Source of the DNA: Priapulus caudatus | Lineage: Eukaryota | Reading direction: 5' to 3' | Assembly (NCBI RefSeq): GCF_000485595.1 | Contig: NW_014577080.1 | Span: forward strand, 467,423 to 531,422 | Length of the DNA stretch: 64,000 nt | Shown here: positions 1 through 14,299 of the stretch, one piece after another | Layout: every line of letters starts with the position of its first letter | Numbering within the stretch: position 1 is the first letter of the stretch | Translations under genes and position numbers: made by a program | Notes under the pieces: model-generated | Databases searched by the model: none | Told to the model about the DNA's origin: nothing | Seen by the model: the letters and a program-made list of their open reading frames with translations, nothing else

Positions 1-79
1 CTTTGATCTCGCGTAGACATTTTTAGTTCATAACAGCACAGCTGTCGCGGGCGCTTTGTGCTTTACTTTTGCTTTGTAA

Positions 80-477
80 TCTATCTATACTAATATTTTG
101 CGATGATTGTTTGTCTGTTTGTCTGTTAGGTTAAGGCGACCAGATGGTTGGTCCACAGGGGTAAGTTTACCCAGGGAGGGCCGTGGGTTAGGTTCCGTTG
201 ACCTCAGAGGTCACTTGAAAACAGTCATTTACGGCTAAACGGGGCCAGATGGAGAGTTCGTTATGAAGTACAAAAACGTTTATTGACCATACAAATGTGT
301 AGATTTGACAAAATAGGATCATGGGATCTGTTAAACTGTTTTTGCCAAAATATTTTTTACCCCTTTATATTTTCTTTCTCTCTTATGATTTTATCTCTAG
401 AATTGGGTAAATATATGTTAGAATTTGCTCTACAAGTTGTTCCTATTTTTATTATTCCGTGTAACGCCGGTAAGTAG
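80..477 (+). mobile_element. Non-autonomous Helitron-like element
   Basis: Starts A|TCTATCTATACTAATATT followed by a GTTT/GTCT microsatellite. Ends with a GC-rich CCGTGTAACGCCGG hairpin-like motif and GTAG|T (degenerate CTAG). This layout is typical of non-autonomous Helitrons. Confidence 0.45.
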
Positions 478-1042
478 TGAATGAAAAGTATAGCGTGCGT
501 GCGTGGCAGCGTTTTTAATAGCGGAATGGCTTACATATTTCTTCGCTCATTCCTGCCTGAATTCATACATTTACGTATTCAATTGCTTTGGTAATGATTT
601 ATATGTATGCAATAACCACGGTACTGGAGCGCTGAGTTGATACTGTATTTAAACGAGCTTAGACGAGAGTGAGAATGTGATGCCAATTACAACGCGTAAC
701 TCATCTCCACGTATATCTTCGATACTTGTGGTCAATGGCAGTTCCCATAGACCATACTGATATTGCTGTACTCGATGGCATACCTATCGATAGGGTCTCT
801 GGAAATTAAATAGCCATAACTTATAACATTGTACTTTGTATTAAGTGACAATTTTATGCACTTGGATGTTGGCAAGTGAATTAGGCACAGATACGTTCGT
901 CGCCAAAACACCGATGAACGATGACAGCTTCACTCGCGTTGTGTATAGATCGTTGGTATATAGTGTTCCTGTACTTGTATGGATCCTCACTACTATATAA
1001 TTAAATAATACGCTACAATAATAGTATACAATATATATATAT

Positions 1043-2173
1043 TGTAGACACGGAGTTTACATGTTTTAAATAAGTTTACATAACTTTTAGAATACAACTC
1101 CTTTTAAGATTACATATGCCAGCAGAGTTATTCTTGTAATGACTGACTTGGCAGCAATGATGGGTAATGGAATGTGCGAAACACGAGTCTGCGGCACCCG
1201 GCAGTTAGATGCGATATGATATGACTACTAGGCACTTAGGATATGACTATTAGGCACTTAAAAAAAAAACCCTAACCCTAACCCTAACCTAACCTAAACC
1301 CTAAACCTAACCTAAACCCTAACCCTAACCCTAAAAAAAAAAAATTAAATTAAATTAAAGTGCCTAGTAGTCATATCATATCGCATCTAACTGCCGGTTG
1401 CAGTCTGCGACGGTCAGGCATTGGGGTTTAGGCGTGGTATCAACATTTGTTTATACACGAATTTTGCACACGAGCCGTGCAGTGGCCGGACTCCTCCGGA
1501 GGGATGTTCGACAATAGGGGCTCACCCCTGCCTGGAGAATTGGGAGCGTTCGAGAGTGTGCGCTCGGCACGCTATCCGGCTATGCGTAAACCTATTAATT
1601 ACCGGCATATACCCAGCGGGTATATACCCCCCGGCATATATAACCAAGCTGTTTATTTAGAGATTTATTCTAAAAGGGAACTCTGCTAGGCTCTCCCTCT
1701 GACGCCCGACTGGCTAACAAATAATGAGTTCTTGTTTGGAAATGGATTCGTGTAGACTAATTTAAGAGCGTATATATAAGACAACTCGAAGCGAGTAATA
1801 GTCTCGTTCTGTGTCTGCTGCGTGTGTGTTCGTCGTCTCCAGTGCGTAAGTTGTTCTACGCGTTGGCTTGGGGGTTTTACTACTATATATCTTAATTTAC
1901 TTTGTACTCTCCCTTATCGTAAACTATCTCTTCTAACAGATTCTTCCTTATATTTCGTAACGTAGTTTCTTTATAGCTGTTTTGAGAGAAGCACTTAATT
2001 TTGCACTATCTTGTCAGCACCTTTTCTTGTACTATCGTGCGATCATTCTATTACTGCAAGAGCTTTCTTGTAATAAATCTATTCTTTCGTGGCACTGTCT
2101 ACACTCTCTTGTTCTTCTGATTATAAGTGTTAACATTTCTATGCACTTCTTGTAAGACGTGAAGTAGCCGCTT

Positions 2174-2176
<3 letters not shown>
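1043..2176 (+). mobile_element. Solo LTR (Gypsy-like) inserted in (AT)n
   Basis: TGTA...TACA termini flanked by ATAT (1039-1042 and 2177-2180). Internal TATA-like TATATATAAG at 1771-1780 and AATAAA at 2072-2077, in U3-R-U5 order. No internal coding region. Confidence 0.6.
1194..1401. mobile_element. MITE with ~45-bp TIRs, 8-bp TSD and a telomere-like (CCCTAA/CCTAA)n core
   Basis: The TIR GCA(C/A)CCGGCAGTTAGATGCGATATGATATGACTACTAGGCACTT is present at both ends. Perfect TSD AGTCTGCG at 1186-1193 and 1402-1409. Confidence 0.9.
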
Positions 2177-2217
<41 letters not shown>

Positions 2218-5185
2218 TACTACTGTTAAAATAAACCGCATTGATTATACGAGTGGAAGTGTTCGTCATGTGTGATCCTACTTTCGAGGGACGCTTGCGT
2301 CTTAGTGTTCCATTTTCCTATTTGAGTCGTCCATTTTTAAATTTCCTGGATATATTTTATGCGTATATCTCATGCTGAACTGATTCCCTGCGCTTTCCAC
2401 GGTAAAGATTTATTCCACGTTTTAGCCGAAGCATAGTGTGGTATAGAAATTACGAGGTCGATGTAATTTGAGCGATGGATGTTATGGTACGATTGATTAA
2501 CACGCGTTGGAGTTGGACACATAAATTCTTGAAACATGTCAATATTACATCAAATTCGGGTAAATAGCAAGCGAGCATAAATAAAAGAACGGTTTCTTGC
2601 TTTTGGAATGTAACTAAACAAATTTGTCGGCGTCTAATCGTTGAGGTGGAAACGCGACAATTTTCGTCCACTCTCTATTTCTGCTCGCAGGGTGATTTCG
2701 ACGGCTAAACCCGTCACGCTTGATGGTGTCTTGGCGTCCGAATGGATATTAAAAGTTGAGCGCACCGACGCGCTAGAATCATGGCCAATACTCTTGGGGA
2801 AACGGGGCGCTTCTGTGGAGATATAGCTTCTCCCATACGGTCGTCAGAACCGACCGACTTACTTTAAACAAACCGCGTAAATGCGAAAATCGCAATGTCC
2901 TTATATATATGACTATATATAGTCACCGCACGGGGTTTGACAAAAAGTAGACAGAAATAGACAGAGTGAAGACGAGATAGGGACAGAGAGAGAAAGAGAA
3001 CGCGAGGCAGAGACGGTAAAGAGGGAAAAACAAGTGAGATAGACAACGGAGAAGGGACGGGAAAAAATAAGTAGAGAATGAGAGAAACAGCGAGGGGTAG
3101 AGCGTGCGCGAGAGACATGTAGAGAGAACGAAAGTCTTAGACAGCTTGAGTGAGAGAACGAGAGAGGGAGAGATAACGAGAGCGGGAGAACACAAAAGAA
3201 AGAGCGAATATGAGAGAGATAGAGGGAAAGACAGAGAGCGAACGAGAGAGAGAGAGAGAGTGAGAGAGTAGGAACGCGAGAACCGCCTTGTATATAGAAT
3301 GTAGAGAAGGTACAGCAGAAGTGCTATAACAAAAAGAGTTTTCCTGAATAAACGCAGTAACGTAGGTGTTATTAAATCACGTGACATCGGCTCTCACTAT
3401 ATCGCAACGTGGCGAACCCATCGCAGCGAACGCCCTCCCCCCCCCCTGCTCATAAGATACTCTTCTCTCGGCAATTAATATCCGTACATCGTTAGCGGAT
3501 CTCTCCGGGACATGTTTTAAATAATTAACACTTCAATCAAATCACGTCGTTTCACGGCGGCAGGGGTGGGTGGGCGGGCGAGCGGGCGTTTGCCGGTCGG
3601 AAGACTGACTAACGGATTAATCGCTATAATTGCTGCAATCGGTCCGGATGTATAGCGACTTTGTTTTGAACGCGCATTTGCTGGGGATCCACTCGGCACG
3701 ATGCAGTTGCTCTAGCAGGAAATTGTCTTCCTATAAGCTTCGCGCGCTGGATCGCCTGACGCCGATATTTCAGCGAGGATTCGCCGAGCTTGTCGTGCGC
3801 AGCTCATAACAAAGGTTTTCTATACGGGGCCTGTGAATTTGCGGAGTAATTAAAATAAGTGCACAGATGTTAGCCCTGCCTGGCACGCACGCACGCCGCG
3901 TGCTGACACTGGCAGGCGTCTGCACGTTATTTTGGGACTTCACGGCAGTTCACGGCCGATGTACATGCACGTACACGCGTGCAAGCATGCGTGTGTGGTG
4001 TTTTTTTTGCACTCGAAACGTCTCAATCTCGATTTTGTTTACACGCGTGTATAATTGCCACTACGGATTGCCTGTACACGTGTCTAATCGCGCGACGAGA
4101 GCTTATAAGTATGGAAACTCGCATTTAATAACCTATTACAGCGCAATTACGGATGGCTGTCCTCTTAGGACATCTACACTCATAGCGAGAAGGATATGAG
4201 CTATAGAAGGGTCTCATGCTCTGAGACATGTTGAAGGGATAACAAAAAAGTATATCCACGGCAGAAAACGAGTGAAGTGCACCGGAGCATGGGGCATGAT
4301 GACAATAGGACAATTACACAATTTGCAGTACAAATATCGGAGTGTCCTAGAGAGTCATATATGGGTTAATAGTTTGAAAGATCGAGTTAATCGTTACAGT
4401 GCGCATCGGTTTAAAAAGTGATCGATTATTTATATAATTGAAATACTTTTAGATGTGCCACACAAGGCGGTCGATAAATTGCTATTGGAGGTTGGAAATC
4501 TTATTGCTGGAGGCATTCGTCATACAAAACCTCTTATTGTATGCTTTCCATGAACTTTCAGCTCTCCATGAGGGTTGTAGCTGCCTCACGCGTTTAACTA
4601 TGAGGTAAAGTTCCTATAGTGGCTATATCATTCATTCAAACACGCTTATCAACGTTAGAGGCTTTAGATCCTCTGATTCGCAAACGCGGATATTTCCCAG
4701 AACATGGTGGATGCTTGCACGAGGACTTGTACCGTATGGAGATGTTTCCGATCGAAGTCTCATACGATGATCATTTTCCAAGGACATGTTTCCTACGAAC
4801 ATCTTTTCCTATTGAATCTCGTTCTCCTGCGGATATATTATTTGTTACGGACATTTGTTTCCGAGTGAGCTGTGTCATATCCTACTAACACGTGGAGACG
4901 TCACACAAAGATCTTTATTTACCGAAATTTTCTCAACAGAATTTTCCCTACAGACATGTTTGCGTTTCGTACTGTGGGCGTCGTGTGGCAGCGATTTTTG
5001 CTATTCGGCATTCAGAGGTTCCGCCATGTTTAATGGTGGTACGTCAGGTATGAGTATATGTTTGGCGTAAAAACTGGAACAACATGTCGGTGATACATGT
5101 AGTAATCACAATTCAATTGCGTTTATGCAGCGTACTGTAGATACACGTAGGCGTTTACTGGAGTGTCACACATAGACAACGATTA

Positions 5186-5696
5186 CAGTAAACACCCGCA
5201 TAAAAAAAACCGTGATTTTAAGAACCGCCAGGTTCAAATTGGACCAATAAAGCACCTATTATATAAGAACCTCTTCAGCCTGATAAATTAAACAGGCTCT
5301 AATATAAAATAAATGCCGAAAATTAGAGCAAACTGGGGCAATCCAAGTATGTGTGCTACACCATTAGAAACCAACAACATAATAACCAACCAGATAATAT
5401 TAATACCTCCTCACAAGAGGATTGGATTTTCCAGGGGGTATTTTGCCTCATTTTCCAGTAAATGTTAGGGCTTGATTTTGACGATACAAAGGATTGAGGG
5501 GGAGGATGGTGTGAATATTTTCTGAAACTATACAATATTGTATAGTACGATAATGTACACAATATCCCCCCCCCCACAAATTAAGAACCTCTTTAAGAAC
5601 CTCATTTAGGCTGATTTCTCACTATGTACTATATATATAAAAACCACTTCAGCCTGATACAGAAAATCACGGGTTCTTTTATGCGGGTGTTTACTG
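5186..5696. mobile_element. Tc1/mariner (pogo/Tigger-like) MITE
   Basis: TIR CAGTAAACACCCGCATAAAA...CCGTGATTTT at both ends. TA TSD at 5184-5185 and 5697-5698. Internal repeated AAGAACC(T/A)CTTCAGCCTGATA motifs. Confidence 0.85.
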
Positions 5697-5759
5697 TATA
5701 TGCTACAATGAAACAATAATTGACATAAGAAATAAAAACATTAGAAATCAATGACATAA

Positions 5760-6082
5760 TTACCTCCGCCAGGGGCTTGGCGGGGGTTATGTTTTCACCG
5801 GCGTGTGTTTGAGTGTTGGTTTGTGTGTTTGTGGGTTTGTGGGTTTGTTAACATGCACGTTTCAGTTCACTTCCGCTAGGTGCACTGGCTGTAGACTTAC
5901 AAACACGCAACCACAGGCAAAGGGGCAACCACAGTCCTCCCCCACTTGCACGCTCGCACTAATCCGGATCCAATTAATTATTTAATTAATTTTTCCATTT
6001 AATTAATTAATTAATTAAAAATTTCACATTGAGAGAATTCAGCTGCCTTGGCGGAGGTCTGTGCTCTCCGAGTGCTCTAGTT
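5760..6082 (+). mobile_element. Helentron-associated (HINE/DINE-1-like) non-autonomous element
   Basis: 5' subTIR TACCTCCGCCAGG with adjacent inverted copy CTTGGCGGGGGT, then a GTTT-type microsatellite, a 3' subTIR CCTTGGCGGAGGT, a short hairpin and terminal CTAGTT. Confidence 0.75.
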
Positions 6083-7214
6083 CTAAATGACATTACAAGA
6101 TTCCGCATACGACGAACATTTTGATGTCGAATTCGTAACCTCACAAACTAAATCACGGCAGATGTAGATTAAACATGTAGCCTCTAAGACGGCAGATGTA
6201 GCCTCTAAATAATGGCAGATGTAATCTCTAATCGTCTACGTTAATAACGGCAGATGTACAGCCGCAATGAGTAACCGCACGAGGCATTTTTTCGAAATTA
6301 AGGGACAATGCCTGTTGCTACAAGTGTACGCCGTTATTCCGTGACCATTGTTAAACACTGCCTTATATAGCACCCGACGTAAATCACCGATTATAACTCT
6401 ACGAGTATCACCCGAGTTTCTCCGTCATCGAGTTTTCTCTAAAATGAAACCGACGACTATATCGCCAGTCGACTCTAAATTGATCCGATGACGTTCTTCG
6501 CGACAAGCTTTGCACTCCGCATCTTTTAGCGTGTCACGATCATGCCAACGAGCATTGTAAGCGCTAGAGAGCTTTTAGACAGACGAATGGATTTCGGTTT
6601 TACTGATCGGTTTTTAACTCGTCTTTAGGAGAAGATTTGCATCGTGTAGACACGTTCCAGGCATGAATAGCTAGATAATGATCGATTCTCACGGCGCAGT
6701 ACTAGTCTATTAATGTATGAAATCTGCATAGAGATTCGGTTAAATACATTTCCATGCGTGATTGTGTCGAAATATAGTATTGCAAGCATTCACTCAAAAC
6801 ATTATACCATGTCGATGGCATGAAAGAATACAGAGTTACTTCAATATATGGACAAGTTAAGTATAGTGCGGGTATTGGCGACTATATAATGAAGTCTTGC
6901 GCAGGGAGCAAGGGGGCCTTGCTATTTGCATAATTATCAAGACGTGTGCTTTGATGTTGATCACACTACGATGGGCATCCTCACGTTAATGCAGTACAGG
7001 GACAAGAGCTAAAATCACGATGATGATATAATATTAACACGATCTTCGTATGCTCATTTGTGATGCTAATTAGGTGTGTATTTGCAAATTTCAATTAGGA
7101 AATTAGCAATTAAGTTAATTAGATTTCGTTTAATCAGGATATATAGCATATCTCTGATGATGAACAGTCTTTACTGTCAACGCCAATAGAGTTGAGATCA
7201 ATTGATCGATCGAT

Positions 7215-8160
7215 TGACGGATAGATGGATTGACAGATAGATGGATGTATGTATGTATGTATGTATGTATGGATGGATGGATGGATGGATGGATGGATGG
7301 ATGGATGGATGGATGGATGGATGGATGGATGGATGGATGGATGGTATGGATGGGATGGATTGGATGGCCTGGATGGATGGATGGATGGATGGATGGATGG
7401 ATGGAGCGGATGGATGAATAGATGAATGGATGGATTGGATGGATGGATGGATGGATGGATTGGATGGATGGATGATGGATGGGATGGATGGATGGGGGTG
7501 GATGGATGGATGGATGGATGGATGGATGGATGGAATGGATTGGATGGATGGAATGGATGGAATGGATGGATGGATGGATGGATGGAAGGATGGATGGATG
7601 GATGGATGGAGGTATGGAGATTGGATGGATGGGTATGGATTGGATGGATGGATGGATGGATGATGGAGGATGGATGGATGATGGATGATGACTGGATGGA
7701 TGGATGGATGGATGGATTGTGGGCGGATACGGTCGGAACGAATGGTGAGGGATTACGGAATAAGGCGGGGATGGATGTGAGGGATGATGGATGGAATGGA
7801 TGGATGGATGGAGGATGGATGGTATGGATGGATTGGATGGATGGATGGATGGATGGATGGATGGTGGATTTGGATGGATGGGATGGATGGATGGATGGAT
7901 GGATAGATGGATGGATGGATGGATGAGATTGGATGGATGGATGGATGGATGGATAGATGGATGGATGGATGGATGGATGATTGGACGGAAAGAACCGGGG
8001 CGGGCGGACGAACGACGACGGACGAACTGACGACCGGACCGCGAACAGACGGATGATGGCTGGATGGATGGATGAATGGGTGGGCTTGGATGGATGTTGG
8101 AATGGAGTAGATGAATAGGTGGTTGGATGGATATATGAACGGATGGATGAATGGGTGGGT
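7215..8160. repeat. (GGAT)n/(GTAT)n microsatellite, degenerate
   Basis: Directly visible. It is the source of the MDGW/HPSI pseudo-ORFs. Confidence 0.95.
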
Positions 8161-8814
8161 AGAACAGTATTTTGAAAATGGAGTGTAATATTCGTGTGGC
8201 AATCTAATGTGCACTTGAAGTTAAATTGTGCATAATTTATTAGGGTCGCAATTATCATTTCAAGAAGCACATGAACTTTGCATATAAATAATGGAGTGAC
8301 TATACGCCATCAACATACTTACGTAGACACGTATGCATGCGTACATTATCAATTCATCAGCGCTAGCTCAGATACTTGGACCTTTCGATTGAATCTCTCG
8401 TGTACATATACCCCCGTGACATTATTTACATATTGCGAATACCTCAAATTGTATCTCAGGGTGAGACCCTTGCTACATTTGGGTGGCCATATCGCGTAAC
8501 TATCAAGCGTACACGCTTTTGGGCAGAATAGTATCACCGCCATAATGACCTGCCCTGATATGTGGTGTATTACATTAGTGGATCGACTGTATCTGAGAAA
8601 CAAAGTATACTTATTCTATTCGTCCAGCAATCCTTTCAGAACTTGTGGGGGCAATCGTCGCATTGTAGTTCGCATGATATTTAAATTATATATATATATA
8701 TATAAATAAATAAATGTATATATATATATATATATATAATTATATATATATTAGAAAATTCTTAATATGCACGATATTCAGTTGTTATAGATAAAAAAAA
8801 AGAGAATAATCCGA

Positions 8815-8849
<35 letters not shown>

Positions 8850-11800
8850 ACATACTCAGTTTCCTGGTGCGGATAATTCGTAATCAGCAAGCTATTATTA
8901 TGTAGCTCTCTACTGTCTAGGTAGCTCCTAAAGTTAGTTAGTAGTAAAGTTAAGTAGTAGTAGTAGTAGTAGTAGTAGTAAAGTAAAGTTAGTAGGATAT
9001 CCTTAACTATTTCCTGATAGTCAGATATCACTTAGGCTAAGACAGAAAGCGGACAAATATCTAATGACATATAATCAGTGAAATGTTTTCCATAGCTGGA
9101 TTGGGATTTTGATGAGACTACGCGGTCTTATGCAGGCAATGTTGGTTCTTTGCAAAGACAACCGTCGTCGCAGCGTTTAATTCTGCTTCTCTTCGCTTTA
9201 CTTACTACGAGCGTGAATTTAGTCCGTGACGGAGTCCTATACGACTGTCGTAATGCAATAAACCCCTTACGTAGCCATTACGATTCGAGTTGAAACGTCG
9301 CACGCATTGATTCTCATCCGGCCTCGCAATTCTCCCGACAGCCACATGGTGGAACGTGGCAGGACGTCACAATGGCGTTCCACGTTAGATCCGTATTTTT
9401 TTTTACCATGCAGAGTAAATTATTCTCAAATTATTCGCTAATTAAAACTTCTGTTCTAACTATGCATTATTTAGCGTCCGCGCTGCGTTTCTTGTGGGTA
9501 CGTTTTCGCCACGCCGTTTGACGTTTGTTCGATTACACGGGAAATAATTTGCCGCCAATATGTTTGCCTTTAAAGTTTTAACTTAACTGCATTCTCGCGT
9601 ACGGTATTCGTCCCTTGATTTCAATTTCACGCAGACACAATTATCATTCACAATTTCCTTCTTTACTTGTCTCCTTTCACAAACATGGAGCGTCTACTTC
9701 TCCGTGATTTTTGGTTTCCCCGAGGACACATTTAAGAGCGAAAATAATTAGGTTGCAATTGCAATAATTTCTGCTTAGCATTCAGGCGGCTGTTGCCAGC
9801 TGCGCGGCTTTCTATGATTGCAGACAATAACGCCGAGTTCGCCCTAAAGTCTTACGATTCTGTACCTGTTCTCGAGATATAACGGGGGAATCACTTTACC
9901 AGAATAACGCAATCAATTTGATAACGTCACGAACGAAGTAAGCCCCTGCGCAATCATTACGACACGGCCGTTAGGTTGTTGTTCATTGAATTTGGTCGGT
10001 GCGATGAGAGGATATGATGAGAGTGTGTGGGAGACTTTATTTATTTAGTTAGCTACGTCTCGCCGTGTGGCACTAGAACATTATCTTGTTCTGCGAACAG
10101 TAATTGGGCTGCCAATTATGGAGAGGGTTGCCATGTCGTAATCACCAATTTTTTGCCTTCCTGCGTAGAGCGGGTTGATTGCAGTATTCTGGTCGTTTAA
10201 ATGACCAAAACCAATTAAATGATAGTTTGTGTGGAGCGCCAAGCAGTACGGTAAGTGATATCCACAGTAAACGAAATGTTTCAGTGAACAAAATTCAATT
10301 GTTTTCACTCTTTTTTTAATGGACGGAAGGCTGGTTAGGTATAGTGATTCTTATATACCGAATTCCTCTTCAATTGAATGTTATTTGTACTTATTTTTCA
10401 TTTTATTTTACTGATGCTTATTATACTAATTCGTTTAACCTTGTATCACAGACTGTGCACACTGTACTAACCTAGTATTGTCATTAGACGTGGTCCGAAA
10501 TCGCTCTTGAAATCGAGTCACTATATTAAGATAGGTATTAAATAAAGACTAAAACTAAAACTTTAAAACTATCACTACTAAATTTCCTTTACCGCTACAT
10601 GTTGTAAAGGTAGGTACAACATAATCAGATGTAGATATCATACTAAAATATGGGATTCACGACTGCTGAGTTCCTACTGTATTAATTGCTGTTGAATTTG
10701 GATTTCATACCTGTCTCAGTAACGATGTCATGAGTCCATGTGGCAGGCATTATCTAGGAACTAAAGCCTATGATGCGCCCAAATGAATTTCGCAAATCTC
10801 ATTAACTTCCGTCTGCTCCAAAAATGATGATTTAATTATCGACTCAATTATTTAAAATTATAGATTCTGGTTAACTATTTATACCACATTACACGTTTTC
10901 ATACAACTCGATTATCAGCTAGCACAATCTATGAAACATTCAGACGAGAAAATCTGAGGTAATTGAATTTCGCCTGTATACGATTTTCGTCAAGTAGGTT
11001 AGTTTAAGCATTGCATAAGGAGCCTATAGCGCTCGTCATTTTTAAAATATTATTGCCCGGATTTAACAACATAGCATTTATCCTCTCCCATATGGCATGT
11101 CACATCGCTATTTATTATCAAGAGGATCGTCGCTGAATGTCTTTATATTACCATATATACCATATATTACCTTGTGTCCATATATTTTATCGTCTGACAA
11201 ACATTCGTGGCGATGAGGATCCATTTTTAACAGGAAGGTCATGCATTATTGCACTTGGATCTGCCTTCGCCTGTGTATATTACCAGCTGTGTAATAGCGC
11301 TGTTGTAATCCATTTGGGAATCTCGTGTAAGAACGTTGTCTCAATTCACACGCGCACTGCTTCGGCAATGTTCGGGTTGCTGCTCGTAAATATTCGGGAT
11401 GACATCGGCACAAAGACGTTAGGTCAAAACTAAGGCCATCAGATGTCCATTTCAGCGACGGTCAAGTTTCGAACAAAACCCTAAAAATGTTTTTTTCAAA
11501 GCCTTCTCAATCGCCGACTAGCTAGTGGTTAGAGTTAATCAACAGTGATGGCGTTAAGAAAATAGATTAGCTTCGTGCGCGGCATCTAGAGGGAGTCGAG
11601 TAGCACAGACCGTATCAGTCTTGCGCATTTTCTGCCGAGGGTCTTTTAGTGAGGAATAAAAATGAATATATTGGGGTTCATAAAAGATACTTGCTTTTTG
11701 AGGAAATGCTGTGTCATGCATTCATGCAATCTTGTCGGCTGAGAAATGCAGTGCGGATAACCATCAATCTGCAATTCTATCCAAGAAACCAACGGCTCAA

Positions 11801-14255
11801 AAGAGCAAAGGCACTGACCAAACCAAACTGCCGGGGTTGGCTGCATGTATATGCGAGTTGTAAGCTATATATAATAACTATTCGAAGAATATTCGGGTCA
11901 CGGTGTCGACGATGGTCGAGTTTCTCGTCTCGTCGCTAGACACATTGCGGCTCTCGTACGTATAGCTGCAATAGCTGCATGCTAACACTGTACGTGGTGG
12001 CTCAGGATGCGGGGTAATCTTGTGTATGTATGTACGCCGACGCCGAATGTCAGCATGGCAGCTACAGATCAGTGTGTAACGCAATTATACATACACACAC
12101 ACACACACACACACACTACGAGAGGAAATCCGATATTGAAAATAGCGTCGTAATGTATGGAAATTACATCTGCGAGCAGTATATACGCTAGGCCCTATAA
12201 TCGCGCATCTCTTGTCCACTGGTTCTTCATGCATTCCGCAGCGGTATTTGCGAGTTCATAGATGCATCTCGCAGTGTCTGTCCGCACTTACGTTGACGTC
12301 ATTATGGTTCTGAGCTCACTTACCGCACTTCGCGTAATGTGTTTAAGTATTTATATGTAGATGAAACTAAATCATGATCAATATCTAATAGCAACATCTT
12401 GCTGTCGTACAGAGGGGTCAGTGACATATTTATCAATTAGGATAACAGAAGCTACACTGAGTATAATGCCTTTGACAAAGGGAAGTAATGGTTGTAAGTA
12501 TAACGTTGATTCGCTTCGTGCCAACACACGCGTATGTTCGAAATCGAATTCGCAACCAGTCGCAAAGCTTCCCATAAAATGTTCTGGACTGCAGCGATTG
12601 CTTGCACCACCAAACGAGAACGCGCTGCATTGACCGTGATGACGGTTGTAATACGACCCATAATACCCAATGACTGCGCGCGTTTTCACGACTTGAGTTT
12701 CAATTCCGCGGGGCGTTAGAGAGATAAACTGGCAAACACGTCACGAGCGATGAATGCAATTTCTCGCCAACGAAACCAGCCATTATTTAGCGCGTCGCCG
12801 TTCCTCTGTCATCCGATGTTCAGACTGCGTGCGTGTGTTGTAATAATCGCCGAGTATTATAATGTCGTGAATAACGGACCGTCGTGCGTACGCACGCTTG
12901 GCCGCCTCTAAACGCTGCGCTGCGCTGGCTCTCATATCGTACGCATCGTCCGCTTTGATGTCCGCTTTATTTACAACGCTGCTTGCCACGTGTAGTCAGT
13001 CCCCGCGAGGGTTTCCCGTCGTTATACACTGAGATGTTCGCCGCCCACGCCGACGCCCGAGCGCATAGCGATGGAAAGCCGCGGAATAACCGACAATGCT
13101 GCCACACGACGTGGTAAATAAGGATTCGACGAGATCTTGCATTCACGCATTCTTTCCGACTAAAAAGAATCAATAAGAATTTACACCTAAGCCCCGTCTA
13201 ATATGATTAGGCTCTATAATTGAATGGAGCCTATTTGCGAAAACTCGGTTGCAATTTTCCGAGCACTGAAGTAGAGAATTCTTCCTGAAAAGCCTGTATA
13301 TTGCGCGTTAAGTTGTGTACGAATGCACGGCATCGGGTCGTTTATAATCAGAGCACAACTTTTATTGTCTACTCTAAATGAATGAAGCTACCTACGCCGA
13401 TTCAAATAAACTCGTAGCGCGGCATGTCGCCGTTTTGTTGTGGCGCGATTGCAAATGGTCGCAGGTGCAGAACGCGAAAACTCATTTCCTGTTCATATAC
13501 CGTGTACGTAGCCGTAATACTATAAATGTTTAATCGAAGAAATCGAAAAGGATGCATTAGCACTCGTGCGATCTTGCGATCATCTCGCCCCTTCTTCTTT
13601 TTCAGAGGCTCTTTCTCAACGTACGAATGCAGTCCGCGCTATCGCGAGTGCACAGGACAATAGTGTGTATAGGCATGCCGCGTCACACGCAGTATACTTA
13701 TCACGTATTCTCTTACCGCTTATGTTCTCATGTTGATTAAAGTCGATAGGACACTCGCTATACACAATTACACAGGATGTGTGGGTCGCAGGCGAAAGAG
13801 TGTGGTTTACGCGCTGCGGATGGATATGCACTTATGGAAAGCATAGAATATATGACACAGTAAACAAAATATTAGCCGAAGCTATTATATGACCCTGGCA
13901 TATATATTTCGGTAGCTCGATTCAGCCGACAATATTCATCGTCGCGTGAGCGTGTACTTCACCAGCGATAATGGCATCGCAAAATTCCTAATGGTAACAT
14001 CGCAATATTAGCAGCCGCGTATACGAAACAATACAGGCGGCTGCACGGGTTGTGCGGCGGTTGCCTCTACACTCCAGACACCACCTACATACAGCATTAG
14101 TACGCGAGCGCACGTACTTGACGTTGTGCTGGGCCACGCACCGATTCGTTAATTGCGAGCGCGGGCTGTTGCCTTACACAGCAACTGATTACAGAAGACG
14201 TCGATCGTGAACTAAAGGCGGTCAAGCGGCCATTTCTGCCCGGGCTTCTTCCTCC

Positions 14256-14299
<44 letters not shown>

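Noticed and set aside
1270..1335. True telomere
   Set aside because: It is a short mixed repeat enclosed by TIRs and a TSD.
4855..5047. Possible signal-peptide exon ending at the phase-1 donor TCAG|GTATGA
   Set aside because: No convincing hydrophobic signal sequence or start context. The gene's first coding exon could not be identified.
7134..8270. 378-aa His/Pro/Ser/Ile ORF and overlapping MDGW ORFs
   Set aside because: These are translations of (GGAT)n.
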